Assembly (NCBI RefSeq): GCF_026210795.1
Contig: NC_089431.1
Location: 5,084,001 to 5,148,000, forward strand
Source: Rhizophagus irregularis
Taxonomy: Eukaryota
Length of the DNA stretch: 64,000 bases
Reading direction: 5' to 3'
Part shown: positions 39,955-53,517 of the stretch, piece after piece
How the letters are laid out: each line of letters begins with the position of its first letter
Numbering within the stretch: the first letter of the stretch is position 1
The notes under the pieces: generated by a model
What the model was told of the DNA's origin: nothing
The model's input: the letters and a program-made list of their open reading frames with translations, nothing else
Database searches by the model: none
Made by a program: the position numbers and the translations under genes

Positions 39955-41219
39955 CTGCTGGAAAATCATGTGATTTTCGTAAATAATTTTGATTATCAAA
40001 TTACGCTTTCTATTATGTATGTAATTAAGCATTCGAGGCGTAACAATCGTAACATGTATTAACACATGGTTGTGTACAATTTTTTAATAAAATCATACGG
40101 ATCAGAAGTTTTTAATCTATTTGAAAAAAATGAGCTGAAACTGATTATGCACGATACATTCGACACATATTGTCTATAATATTTATAAAATACTGTAAGT
40201 CTGAATGAAATATTTATCTTACAAATCTGTGCTATGAACAATATTTCTTGAATATCATTTGAAGTGTTAGCTCTTGAATCATTTTAGCCAGCTATGATTG
40301 ATAAATTTTGTACTTTATTATCAACATTTATTTTCAAGGCGGTACACCACATTTATGGCTAAAAAAATTTATTTGTGAATAAATTATGAATATTATTTAT
40401 TCTCGTTCCAAAACTATAAACATTTTTGTTTTTTACAAATATATGTGATTGAATATATAAATTTTCTTTAATTTCTCATTTTCTTTATAATTTTATTTCA
40501 TAAACATATCAAGAACAAAGACTTATTTTTGAGGAACCAAATCTTGTAGAGTTCTGCTATAAAGATAATCATCCGTAATTACAGCTAATAAATGGTTAAA
40601 TCGTTATTATAACACTGGTTATTTCCTTATCTCGAATTTCTTTATAAATAGAAATCTATAAAATTGTCTTCACTTTTATATTGTAAATTTGATGATATAA
40701 TCAATTTGAACTTTGAAGTCTGTGAAATTAAAATTTCTAAAGTTTCTTAATTTAAAATATCCTGTAATTTTTTTTTTATTGTATTATACGATATCACTTT
40801 TGGACGTACTTTTCAAAATGCTTAATCTATTATTGCAATATTTTATTAAAAAATTTATTCCGCAAATTCATTGTAACTCAAATATTACAAAAGTCGATAA
40901 TAAAATCTTGTCGTTTTCTTTTAAGAATAAAAAAAAAGATAAAAATATTTTTAATATTTTAATTATTTAAGTAGAAAATGAGCAAAAGAATTTAAAAGTA
41001 AATATTCGGCTATATTATTATACCTAAAATGTAAGAATTTGTTATAGTGATTATAAATTTTCCAAAAAGTAACTGCCATTTATTCATTATTATAGATTAA
41101 ACATGTTACTTATCTCGACCTTTTACTTTCTCAAATTTGAATCTCGATCATATTTTGCTGCGCCTCAACGTTGGTCAGGTGATGATAACTTTTTTAAAGA
41201 CTCAGCTAAGAGATGGTAA

Positions 41220-41484
41220 CAGGGACGATGATTTTTTGCGGCGGTATAAAGTAAATTTTGTGTGTGATAAAAATAAATTTTGTGAAATTTTGTGATTTGG
41301 CCAGAATTATGCAAGGTTGGCCAACATTACTATTCGTAAATTCTGGCCAAATTTAGTGTCTGCCGGAATTATAATGATTTCAAATCCTAAATCAGGCCAA
41401 AAACTTGAAAATTATCAACATTTTTATAACCAAATTTTGTGATTTTCTGTGAAATTCTGTGATCACAAAAAATCATCGTCCCTG
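41220..41484. mobile_element. hAT MITE, recent insertion
   Basis: Perfect 19-bp TIR cagggacgatgattttttg and perfect 8-bp TSD gatggtaa. Confidence 0.95.
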
Positions 41485-42247
41485 GATGGTAACGATATTT
41501 TATTAAAATATTCCGCGTTTTTTTTATTCAATTATGAAATTTATTAAATGTTTGCCATAAATATAAACGAAATGCTGTGAGATAGTCTTTTATTATTATA
41601 ACCGGCGGCTAATCAATAAATAAGAAGAATTAATATTAAATAGTAGTAATAGGTCAAGAAATATAATGATAAATATACCTAAATCTCGTGATATCACACT
41701 AGAATTTTCTATATTAAATAATAATTTTGTGTTAAAGAAAAAAGAAATACAATCTGCTCGAAATTCACTGAAAAATAGTTTGATATACAATTGAAATTGA
41801 TAATAAGTATAATAATATTTCGTGCTCAACAAATATATTAAATTGTCATTTACTAGCCAAAATTTAAATAATTAAAAGGAAAAATGGTAAAACTTTTAAA
41901 TTACTAAATATCTTGACCGAAATTTTTAGTGTAAGAAAGAGCATAAAAAAAAAATAATTGTTTTTTATTCGCTAAATATATCTTTAGCCTACAAACGTTT
42001 ATTAATTTAACACATTTATAGAGGAAGGCTTTTCTTGGAAGTGTATAACCCATAAAGATACTGTAAATTATTAAGCCCAACCAATAGAAAATCTAGTTCT
42101 GGATCATGTGATCGTGACGTCACGACTGCCACGTGTTAAATCCTGTTAAATGTTAAATAAGGATTAATCGACTAACCTTGTGCTCGAAAATAAAGTATAT
42201 TTAAGGGTTGAAAATTAGGTTTTTTTTTGGAATTCTCATTTTCTATA

Positions 42248-43754
42248 ATGGATGATACTAAACTTTTGTCGAAATTGTCACAAAATTTACTCGAAATTTT
42301 AAACGATGAAGAATATTATGATATTACAATTGAAGTTGGTAATGATCCTAACGTAAAAATATTTCGCGCTCATATGATAATTTTAAATTATCGTTCTCCT
42401 TATTTGCGGAGAATTTTATCAACTAATAAAAAGAAAAATGATGGTATTTTGAACCATATTATATTGCCAAATATTTTACCAGAAATTTTTCAAATAATCT
42501 TAAGGTATTAAAGAATTAACGAATAATTTTAAAATTTTGTTATTATATTTCTAATTTTATTGTCGTTTTTTACTTAGGTATATCTATGGAGGAACAATTT
42601 CTTTAAAAGAATATAATATTACCGATATTATTAAAGTCCTAATTGTTGCTAATGAACTTGGCCTACAAGAATTAATACGTTATTTAGAATCCTTTTTGAT
42701 TGAAAACCAATCAAACTGGATGGAGCAAAATTTTGATTTGATATATCAAACAAGTTTTGAAAATAATTCTTCACTAAGACTTCAAAAGAATTGTACTGAT
42801 TTAATTCTAAAAGAACCAAATAAGATATTTGATTCTCCAAAATTTTCTTCAATCCCAGAAAATCTTTTGGTTGCGCTTATTCAAAATGATAATCTTCAAA
42901 TGGGTGAAATTCAAATTTGGGAACATGTGATAAAATGGGGACTTTCTCAAAATCCAGAACTTCCATCTGATCCTACAAATTTTTCAAAAGAAGATTTCAA
43001 TAATTTAAAGAATATCTTACGACAATGTATTCCTTTTATTAAATTCTATAATCTGGATTCAAAAGAATTTTCACAAAAAGTATTACCTTATAAGAAAATT
43101 TTACCAAAAGAATTACGTGAAGATTTATTAAATTACTTTTTGAATAATGATAGAAAAAAATCAGTACCTCGTATGCTTAGTGATGGCCATTCAACAAAAA
43201 TTAATTCTGAAATCATTACATTTCAACATACTGAATTAATTTCAAAATGGATTGATAAATTAGAAATTAAAGAAAAGTTGATATCTTCTTATGAATTCAA
43301 ATTATTATATCGTGACTCTCGTGATAGACCTATTGAATTACATAATAGATTTGAAAATTTTCATAAAATTTGTGATAATCAATCTCGTACAGTAACAATT
43401 ATTAAAGTTGAAGACAGTAATGAAATTCTTGGAGGATTTAATCCGATTAAATGGAAAACTGACGGTAATTATGGTGTTACTAAAGATAGTTTTATATTTA
43501 CTTTTAATAATGATGGTATTGAAGATTATATATTAAGTCGCGTAAAGAATGAAAAGAAGGCTATATTAAATTGTTCTATGTATGATGGTTTCGGACCATT
43601 ATTTGGTGACAAAGATCTGCTTTTATATCAAACTTTTGATAATGAATTAAAAGTTAGTTGTGAAAAAAAGGATTATGAGAAGCGAATCAGAAAAATCAAT
43701 GATTCACGTGTTTTAGAATTTGAAGTATTCAAAGTTCAAATTGTGTATTTTTAA
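42248..43754 (+). CDS. BTB/POZ-BACK-TLDc protein, copy 7 (intact)
   Basis: ATG at 42248; exons 42248..42504 and 42578..43754, in frame after splicing. Confidence 0.92.
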
Positions 43755-45031
43755 AATTTATAAAATAATTAATATTTGTAATTGATTAATGTTTTAATAT
43801 AAAGATCTATGTTGGAATATATAAATAAAATTTATTGTAATGGCCGGAATTTACATTGTCATGCGAAAGAAGCTGCCACCTTCTCTCCCGACAAGTAGTA
43901 TAAAATAAATTTGATAATACAAAAGAACTTTATTAAATAAATATCATTGCTATAATTTTACATCATTATATAACCATTGGTTCACTCCATTATTAATGTT
44001 CATCACCATGCGGTAATACGAGTTTCATGTTTACTTGATCGTCATGTGATGATCATTGGGTTATTTCAATATTTTTACATCATTGTAAATTATGGCACTA
44101 CAACATCTATATAATTAAAAAAGTTTGATGGTATTTAAATTATAAATTAATTTTGAATTGTGTAACGCATGATTTATGGTCGATTGAGTTAGTGTAATAA
44201 ACGGCAATCATTTTCGTTGCGATTTTTCGTTGACATTGATGATATCATACTTAAATTACGAAAAATTTAAAAAATTTAAGGAATTTTTTACGCTACAGAT
44301 TATTTCATGAATGCATAATGGCTCAAGTTCATTGATCCCGGTGCGAAGAAACTGAAGCAACTAATATAAATAATCAATCGGAAGATATTATTTATAGGCA
44401 ATAAAAAACGAATACATAATATTAGATCTAATCATTTTTTTTTTGAAATCTATTACAAATTTTAAACGAACTTGGAATGACTAACAATAAGAAATAATGA
44501 AATGGGTTGACAATATTTTTGAAAAATCCACAAAGCAATCAAAGAATGCATAAAGAGTTTACAAACCATAATAATTTAATATTAATAATAGATGAAGAAG
44601 TTTTAACAAAACAAGTGAAAAGAACTTGAAAGAAGTTTGATACCTCGCACTCGCTCAATAATATATTAACTTGGAATATATTTTTAGAGCCTAGTTTGAG
44701 TTTTAGATTCTCTTATTACTAGAAACTTTAAACATTTGAAAACGGATGGAACAATACTTTTGCTGCTTGATATTCTTTTTCAAAACTTCAATTTTTTTTA
44801 ATTCTTTATTAAACTTATTTATTATACATAATTGCGTCCAATTAATACGTGTTATACTTTCACATATTAAGTCAAGATTCGATGATAGTTTATTGGAATT
44901 TCGTATTATGATATCATTTGTCTCTGTTAACATTTTATGTATAACATCCAAGAATGCTCTACCTTATCATATTTTAAAGAAACTTTAAGTAAATATTTAT
45001 TTCAATACATGAAAAATATAATTTCGATAAT

Positions 45032-46835
45032 TTAGACATCAATATCGAAATCAATTTCCTTGGTAATATATTCTATATATAAATTAAACAAAATTAGGTT
45101 TATATTATAAAAATAAAAATTACCACTAAAAAGTACATATCAATACTGTATGTTTACTTACTACTACTTTTTAAATTCATCTCAATATCAAGTTCGAGTT
45201 CTATTGTAAGGTAATCTAAAAAAAAGTATCACAAAATTTTATTAAATTAAAATATGAAAGTTAATATGTTATTGAAAAAGTAATTATTACCGTTATTTTC
45301 ATATAACTTTTTTCTTTTAATACTTTGACCTAAATATATTTTTAATTAAAAAAAATAATGATTTACTAAAGTTTATCAATATTTGCAAATAACGAATGTC
45401 ATACCATTGTCATTATTATCTTCAATTAAATCATCTTTAAATCTCCTTTTGACTTTTTCTAAATTAATAGATTGACTTCTTGAACTCATCAAAGACATTG
45501 CAGGATTAATCATGGCGCTTAAAGGTCTGCTCTTATAAATGGCACTCGGATTATTTATTGTTACAGGCCCAATATCTGATGATTTTATTATTTCGGTTGG
45601 ATTATTATTATTGTAATTTCTACATTCCTCCTCATGTATTTTATCGAGTTTATCATATATATTAGTAGCAGATGGTCTTTTTTCCAGATCAGTATGCCAG
45701 CATTCTTCCATTAATTTAATATAGCCTTTAGGTGCATTTGTTACAATAGGTGGTCGTAAACCATCACAAATATCAATAATAAGTTCTGTATCATGATTTC
45801 GATCCCAAAAAGGTCTTCTACCTGTTATTAATTCCCACATAATCATTCCAAAACTATATATATCTGAAGCTTTAGTATATTTTTGTCCTTGAAAAATCTC
45901 TGGTGCCATATAAGGAATAATGCCATAATTCTCATTATCATCCCCAGTTTCAGTTGCAGATTTACTTATACCAAGATCACCTATCGTTATCACACTAGCA
46001 ATATAATTGCATGTATCAACAAAGATATTTCCACTATGAAGATCCCTGTGGACAATATTCGCTCCATGTATTCGAATAAGTCCATTTACCATATTTTTTA
46101 AGTAAATTAGCTTTAATTTCCAGTTAAGATAGTGAAATTTTTTAGTGATGCAATTTATCAAATCACCTGAACGATAATATGGCATGATAATCATTATATC
46201 TTGAGAATTGGGATCTTGAGTAATCCCAAAATACTTGCCAATATTTTTATATCCATTATTGTTTTTAAGTTTTGAAGAATAATCGTAAAATACCTTAAGC
46301 TAATATAAAAAAATCCTTTTTAATCAATTTGTTTACTTTATACAGTACTAAGATTTATCATAATATATATATTTACCTCATTCAGCTCTTTAGATGTGGT
46401 GTTATTAGAATTATTTAGCTTTTTGAGAACGACTGTATAATTTTGTTTACGAATATCTCTTGTATTGCTATAATTAATAACTGGGCCATCAATCCAAGTA
46501 GCCTTATATATTTTACTAAAACCTCCTTCAGCAATAAATTCTACATTCGTGAATTGATCATAAGGAACAAACTCCATTTTCCCATGATTTTTAACAAGAT
46601 TAATTTGCGTATTTCTAATAAAATCATCAATAGTATTGTTTCCACTTGGGTTGTACTTATATACCATCTTAATTTTGTAACAAACATGACATATCTGATG
46701 ACTTTCATCCAAAGGTTTCCTTCTTTTATTACATTTGGTACATTTCTTTTTTTTGTATTTTGATTTAACACTTCTTTTTTCTGGTTGAATCAAAATTTTA
46801 TTATTTGATAATAAATAGTTGATTGGTTGTTCCAT
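45032..46835 (-). CDS. Tyrosine-kinase-like protein kinase with N-terminal CxxC..CxxC finger
   Basis: Exons 46835..46377, 46299..45405, 45329..45291, 45215..45162 and 45072..45032 (the small 3' exons are less certain). Motifs AEGGFSKIY, VVLKKL, HRDLHSGN, DLG, YMAPE and SDIYSFG. Confidence 0.88.
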
Positions 46836-47203
46836 GCTTTATTATTTTTTTTTTAAAAAAAAAAGAATTTAATTTTTAAATTTCTTAAAGAAAATTGTTG
46901 TCTATTATATACGATTTTTAAATTCAATAGAATTCAATTTTCGAACTTTTATGCAATTCCTAGAAGTTTCTAATGAAGAATTATAATTTTCTTAGAAAGA
47001 ATTCCATAACGTACAAAGAATTCTATAGTATTGCATGTAATGATGTGCAATAATATGCCGACTATATTTTTATTTAAGAATAATATTGTGCGATATTTTT
47101 TTGCACTTTATAGAAGCTCCTAATGGAGAATTATAATTTTCTCGGAAAGAATTCCATATCATGCAAAGAATTCTATAGTATTGCATATAGTGATGTGCAA
47201 ATA

Positions 47204-47563
47204 CAGTCAAACCTCTATGTACCGATCCCCGGTGTACCGATAATTTCCTGTACTGATAATCCCGTTTCACGTATAATAAAAAAACCGCGTTGTATCGATA
47301 TTCGGATATTGTAATTTTGTGATATAGTAACATATATTAAGATGTACCGATATTTTAGCTACACTCTTGCGGTTTACTTTGCCGAAATTCGGTTATAATG
47401 GCCCATTAATCGAGTGGCATTTGCTCCGCATTGTGAGTTACTCGTAATATATCCAATGTATTGATATTTTTTTCCAACGGTATCAAGATCCGACGTGTCC
47501 GTTAATCTTGATAATAGACGTGATTTACAATATGAACCTCATCGGTACATAGAAGTTTTACTG
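47204..47563. mobile_element. pogo/Tc1-mariner-type MITE upstream of kinase 1
   Basis: TIR cagtcaaacctctatgtaccgat (21/23 match) with TA duplication; the adjacent duplicated segment at 46960-47070 shows the empty site. Confidence 0.9.
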
Positions 47564-48754
47564 TAATATGACTGATTATATTTTAATTTTGCACTTTATT
47601 CAAATAAATAGTTAGTGTTAGAAACCATAATGAAGATAATTTAAATATTGTAAATATTGTTTATAATTGTGCAAATAAAAACGAAAAAAAAAATTCTTGG
47701 TTTTGTTTTTTATTCGTTATTTTCAAATTATTAATAAGATTTAAGATTCAAACTCAAGTAAATCTATATAACTAAAAAAAATACATAAAAAAATCGTAAC
47801 TTTTAGACTAGAATGTATAAATAGTTTTGAATATATTTTGCGCCTAATCTACTCCATGTTAACGTAAGTTTTTTTTTTTGCTCTATTTTCTAGACTGTAA
47901 GTTTTCCGAATTGCAGATCATCAATATTGTTACCGAAATTAGATCATTTGTTGTTGATTATTAATTTTAATTATATAATTAATAGAGAATTATATTCTTT
48001 TTGGTTAGATCATCGAGGTGGTCAGATCGGTTATATTTTTTTATAGTGTAATGCCGTAACTTACCTAGTAAATTTATTAATTGTGGGGCGCAGTATTACA
48101 TTTAAAATTAGTATATAAATTTATAGTAGTTTAAAATTGTATTTTAATTGGTCCGGAATGACATTAATAAACTACCAACCAATAGGATATTGGTCCGCAA
48201 TGACGTTAAACTATGAAACAAAAGAAGAAAGGATTAACGTCCGCGATGGCAAAAGTATCATTCTTGATAGACATGAGGTATTGTTCTTGATAGACTTTAC
48301 TGTAAAATATATTATGCATATCAAGATTCTCCTGCGATGACGTTAAACTAATGAATGAAAAGTCAAGTGACTAAATATCAGGTGACTAATTTGTAGATCA
48401 TGACGACATGACGTTAAGGATAATTAATTATCAAGAATATGACTAATTTTGCAGATCAAAGTGTAAAAATGAAATTCGCAGATCAAAATGGAAAGTTGGT
48501 GAAAATAATGGACATTGTTTGGATAAAGTAGAACAACATTTTTGTTGATGGAAAATTATTTATTTTTGAGCAACACTTTTTAACACTTAAAAATTTCGAG
48601 ACACAGAGGGATAATCCAGTGGATATTACCATATACGAATAAACATAAATAGGGGACGATTTTGACTTTAAAATTAGGTTGCGAATTTGTTTGGAAAATA
48701 AGGATAAAAGTTTAACCATTATTTAATATTATTAAACCAAGCATATTATTGTAT

Positions 48755-50429
48755 TTATTTTTATTATTAATAAAGTTAATAAAGTATTATTTTGTCTATG
48801 GTTGCAACGTGACTTATCACGGGCAAAGGTATTACAATAGACTACATTTTTTTTACGTAATTTTTTTTATAAATATTTTTTCCCTTATGACTTTTTTTTT
48901 GTTATTTGATTTTTTTTATTTAATTTTTATTTATAACACTTTTTTGCTATTTGATTTAATTTTTTTTTATCACTTTTTTTGTTATTTGATTTTTTTTATA
49001 ATACTTTTTGACTTTTTTCGATTATAAAAATTATTTGATAAACGTTATTATTATTTTTTTTTTAATAAAAATACTCTTTTTTTTTTACATAAATTTTTTT
49101 ATAAAATAATAAGAAATACTTATAAAAATTTATAATTAATTATAAAAATATTTGTTTTTATTGATAATTATTTTTTTACAATTCCTTAATTAATACAAAT
49201 TTCATTCTACACTTAAACGTCAAATCTTTAATATAATTAACTACATTATTGTAAATATAATCGGGAATTGCTAAACGTCGCATGGGCAATTGTCCCTGGG
49301 TTTTTTTAAATATGTTACATGATGTACAATATATAAAGAGTAAAATTTATTAAAAATTTTATCGCAAAGATCTACTTTAAAAAAAAAATATTTTTTTTTG
49401 CAAACATATTTATCCAAAATAATCTTGTCTAATAAAATTTTATTTGTAAATTTAAAAAAAAAGATGCTAATAAAAAATGAAATAACAATGGAGTAATGAG
49501 ATAATAGAAGATGAAAGAGAGTTAAAAAGAGTAATGAGAAGTGATAGGAAGCAAAAAGGAGAAATTGGACATGATGGAAGATGAAGAGGAGTAATAGAAA
49601 TATGAAAAGAAGTGATGGGAGACAAAAAGAAGTGATGGGAAGATGAAAAGATGTAATAGAAAATAATGGGAGACGAATAATGAGAAGTAATATGAGGTGG
49701 AAAATGATGAGATAAAAAAATAAAAAAATGATCATGATAGGAGGTTGGGGAGCAAAAGATAATGATAGGAAACCAAGTAAAAAAAACCATAAAGTAAAAA
49801 AAATGAGGTTAGTAAGAAACGAAATATAAGATGGAAACAAAATAAAAATAAATAAATAAAAAATAAAAAACATACCTTTATTAATTGTAGAACCGAAAGA
49901 ACTAAAAGATCTAAAAATATGAAATAAAATTAGTGAATAACGAAATATGAAACAGAAACAAAATAAAAAAAAATAAAAATAAGAAACAGAAACGAAATTT
50001 AAAGTGAAAAACAACTGAACCTTAATTGCAGAACCGGAAGGACTAAAAGACCTAAAAATAATGAAATAGAGTTATTAAGAAACAAAGTGTAAGGATGTAA
50101 GTTAGAAATAAAATAAAAAGAAAAAAAGAAAAATACCTCGAGACCGAAATAACTGAGAAAACGAACCTTGAACCTATAATGAAAATAAGATTTGATAAAC
50201 AAATAAATATGACAAATTCAGGCGATGTTTACCAATTCCCAATATAATTTATATCATTCTAATATTATAATTATAACTTAGTACATATTATTTTGTTAAT
50301 TAATTATTACCTATATTAAATTCCTAATTATAAATAAAAACTACTGTAACCATCTTTAATTTATTTAGTAGTATTACATTATAATACTAAAATTTTCTAT
50401 TTAAGTGCGGAGTAACGGGTGACTGCTAG
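48755..50429 (+). mobile_element. Putative non-autonomous Helitron (5' boundary uncertain)
   Basis: 3' end gtgcggagtaacgggtgactgCTAG|T has a degenerate GC-rich hairpin followed by CTAG-T. The interior is low complexity with minus-strand mini-exons. Confidence 0.45.
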
Positions 50430-51260
50430 TATTTACTGCATTAAGTATTAATTTATTAATAATAATGACAATATTACTACATATTTAAAAATCATTTACA
50501 AGTTGTCTTGCTATTATCAATTCAACATGGAATACTGTAATTGCCTCTTTTTTATCACATAATAATCTAACATATACAATTCCTTCAGTACTGCATTTTT
50601 ATTTTATTTTTATTATAAAATAATTAAGTTAATTAAATCTTTTAAGAAAATATTTTTCTTTTTTTTAAAAAAAAAAAGTTCATGCGACATGCGACGTTAA
50701 TTTTTTCAATTCGGCATAATTTGATGTTTTTTTTTCATAGTCGAATTTTGCATCGAATAAATCAAGTCCTTAGAATACATTATAATCAACATCACTGTTA
50801 TATACTCGGATTTTATTTTTAATATTTTAATCAATAGTTTGAGGGAAATTAGAGATTTTCCAAGAAAAATGGAGGGATCGACTTGAACTTTCCATACTCG
50901 TTATTAATAAATTTGAAAAAAAATAATGGGAATAACCAAGTAACCGAAGAATTTAGATTGTAGCTTAATAAAGCATAAATACTAGCATATCTTCAAGAAT
51001 TTATAACAGGTATTTAACTATTTATTATTTAACCCCTGAATGTTGATCTTTCGTGTGAAACATTATTTGCATCACAATCGGCGCATATCGCACAAATCGT
51101 CCGGTCGGCGTTTGTTTTGTATTTTTTTCCCTTTCCCTTTCTCTCTTTTTTTTAAGAAAAAAAATTATTTTAACATTGTATTAAATAATATTCAAAATTT
51201 ACCCTTTTAAAAAAATTTTAATTATAAAAGATTTATTCTAAACATTTTTTTATATAAAGA

Positions 51261-52742
51261 ATGTCAAAACACAATGAAGATGTTCTTTTCTTAATATTTG
51301 AAGAATTAAAAGATGATTCGAAATCACTCTTTTCATGCCTAATGGTCAATAGACTTTGGTGTAAAACTGTGATTCCAATTTTATGGAAGAATCCTTGGTG
51401 TTATGATATCAATTATAGTAATAAAAATTATTTATTTGCAATTATTGTTTCTTATTTATCCGATGATATTAAAGAATCTTTAACAAGACAAGGAATTCAA
51501 TTACCGACTGTTTCATTTCAACTACTTTTGTTCGATTATTTATCTTATTGTAAAAGTATTGATGTAAATACTATAAGTATTATAACTTCTATTGGAACAC
51601 CTTTAACTTATAATCGATTTATTTTAGAACAAGAATGTTTTATCCTCTTTATGAAGAAATTTTCAGAGTTAAAGTATTTGGATATGAGATTAATTGAACA
51701 TCAAATATTTTATTTTCCAGAAGCTAAGTTTCGTTTTGAATCACTTTGTGAATTATTGTGTGACACTTCAATAGATTCTTCATATTTTTATGGATTGGCA
51801 TGGTTATGTCATTGCATACAGAAACTCATCATTGATAATGTAGAACCAAAAAATTATCATGGGATTGCTAAATTAATTGGAGTTCAGAAAAATTTAAAGT
51901 ATTTTGAATGGAGAGATGATCATGATTTATATTTTCCTGGTCCAAATCAAGATTCTTACAAAGAGATTTTTCTTGCATTAGAAAATAAGGGTCATACTAT
52001 CAATCATTTAAAATTATTCTTTTTATATAGGTATGATTCGTTACAAATGGTACTCCCAAAACTTCATAAATTAAAATCATTAGCAATTAATATTGAGCCT
52101 TTTAGTATAGATCAATTAAAATTATGCGTTTATCGTGATCTTGAGATTTTTAGAATAGGTTATTATGAATTAAAAGAAGCTTCTATTATAATTGAAAATA
52201 GTGGAGGTCATTTAAAGAAAATTTTTTTAGAATCTTCTTATGAACTTGATGATGTTATAGATGATTTTAATGATGATTCCCTCATTTTTATTCGTAAGGT
52301 TTATGAAAATTGTCTTTCAATTGAATATTTATCTCTTGTATTTCCACCATCAAAACATCATTTTAATGAATTTGAAAGATTATTAAAAACTTGTAAAAAT
52401 TTGAAATCATTATTATTAGTTATAAGATATATGGATGATGTAGAAACTGATGAATTACTTTTAAAAAATGGTGAAGATTTATTAAGATTATTAATTAGAT
52501 CAGCTCCAATTAATTTAAGAGAGATTAGATTTCTTTATGATGTTAAATTTTCTTTAAAAGCATTAGAAGAATTTTTTGAAAAATGGAGAGGTAGACCTTC
52601 ACTTACTATATTTACTTATAGGTCTATTTATAAAGAAAGTTCATATAAAGAGTTGATTAATACATATAAAAATGATGGAATAATTAAAGATTTTAAATGT
52701 GAATCCTTTTATACTGTATTAGGTACGGATTTTAATATGTGA
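51261..52742 (+). CDS. F-box protein with LRR-like C-terminal region (single exon, 493 aa)
   Basis: N-terminus NEDVLFLIFEELKDDSKSLFSCLMVNRLWCKTVIPILWKNPW is F-box-like; LxxL repeats follow (NLKYFEW, KLKSLAI, SIEYLSL, NLKSLLL, NLREIRF). Confidence 0.88.
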   Translation: MSKHNEDVLFLIFEELKDDSKSLFSCLMVNRLWCKTVIPILWKNPWCYDINYSNKNYLFAIIVSYLSDDIKESLTRQGIQLPTVSFQLLLFDYLSYCKSIDVNTISIITSIGTPLTYNRFILEQECFILFMKKFSELKYLDMRLIEHQIFYFPEAKFRFESLCELLCDTSIDSSYFYGLAWLCHCIQKLIIDNVEPKNYHGIAKLIGVQKNLKYFEWRDDHDLYFPGPNQDSYKEIFLALENKGHTINHLKLFFLYRYDSLQMVLPKLHKLKSLAINIEPFSIDQLKLCVYRDLEIFRIGYYELKEASIIIENSGGHLKKIFLESSYELDDVIDDFNDDSLIFIRKVYENCLSIEYLSLVFPPSKHHFNEFERLLKTCKNLKSLLLVIRYMDDVETDELLLKNGEDLLRLLIRSAPINLREIRFLYDVKFSLKALEEFFEKWRGRPSLTIFTYRSIYKESSYKELINTYKNDGIIKDFKCESFYTVLGTDFNM

Positions 52743-53517
52743 GTGAATATTATGTTTTCATATTTTTTTTTTTATAATGTTGGAAATTTTATAATTATAT
52801 TGGGGAATAATCATTTTATAATAATGATGTATTTCATTTAACTATTAAATACGAAATATAATAAATGAAAATAAACTTTATAAGTGATGCGATTAATTTT
52901 CACATGTACAGTAGCTTATTAATAAACGGACGTTGGTAATGATATTGGTAATGATGTAGCGTATCATACATACATACCATTGTAAATAATAAGTAAACCC
53001 TAATTCAAAAGAATTTTGATAGATATCGCATGATATGAGAAACAATTAAATATTAAAAAATCATCATTTATCAGGACGGAAATAATATTGAATGAGCTCG
53101 TTTTAGCAACAATCAAACACTAAATATTAGACGCTATACTTCGTTTAAATAACTTTGCTAAAATGTGATTGCATCTCAGTCTATTGATTTTATATACTTT
53201 CAGTTCATTTAGCACGTATCTGTCAATATAACGATATGTCATCATCAATACAAAATCAAAAATAATCATTGAATTGTTAAAATAACTATTGCTTAAAATA
53301 TTACAAAGCATAAAATGAGTTGATTATTTGATTTTTATTGGGTAAATAAATGATGTTTATTTAAAATATACTATTTAATAAATTATTTCATATTTACAGA
53401 ATGTACATACTTAATAATGCTTTAAAAATATTTTTAAAAAAATAAAAATTTTAACCTAAAAATTTCAGATAATTTACTGCCAATATAAGTAATATCCCAC
53501 TATATACGAAATTAAAT

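Noticed and set aside
44703..44988. Overlapping 80-82 aa ORFs
   Set aside because: No recognisable domain or splice structure.
48483..49027. ORFs of 78 and 92 aa
   Set aside because: They are poly-T repeat translations with no recognisable domain.
49271..50202. Hydrophobic ORFs (247, 107 and 67 aa) as membrane proteins
   Set aside because: The F/L/I-rich translations come from T-rich low-complexity sequence that runs through intron-like tracts.
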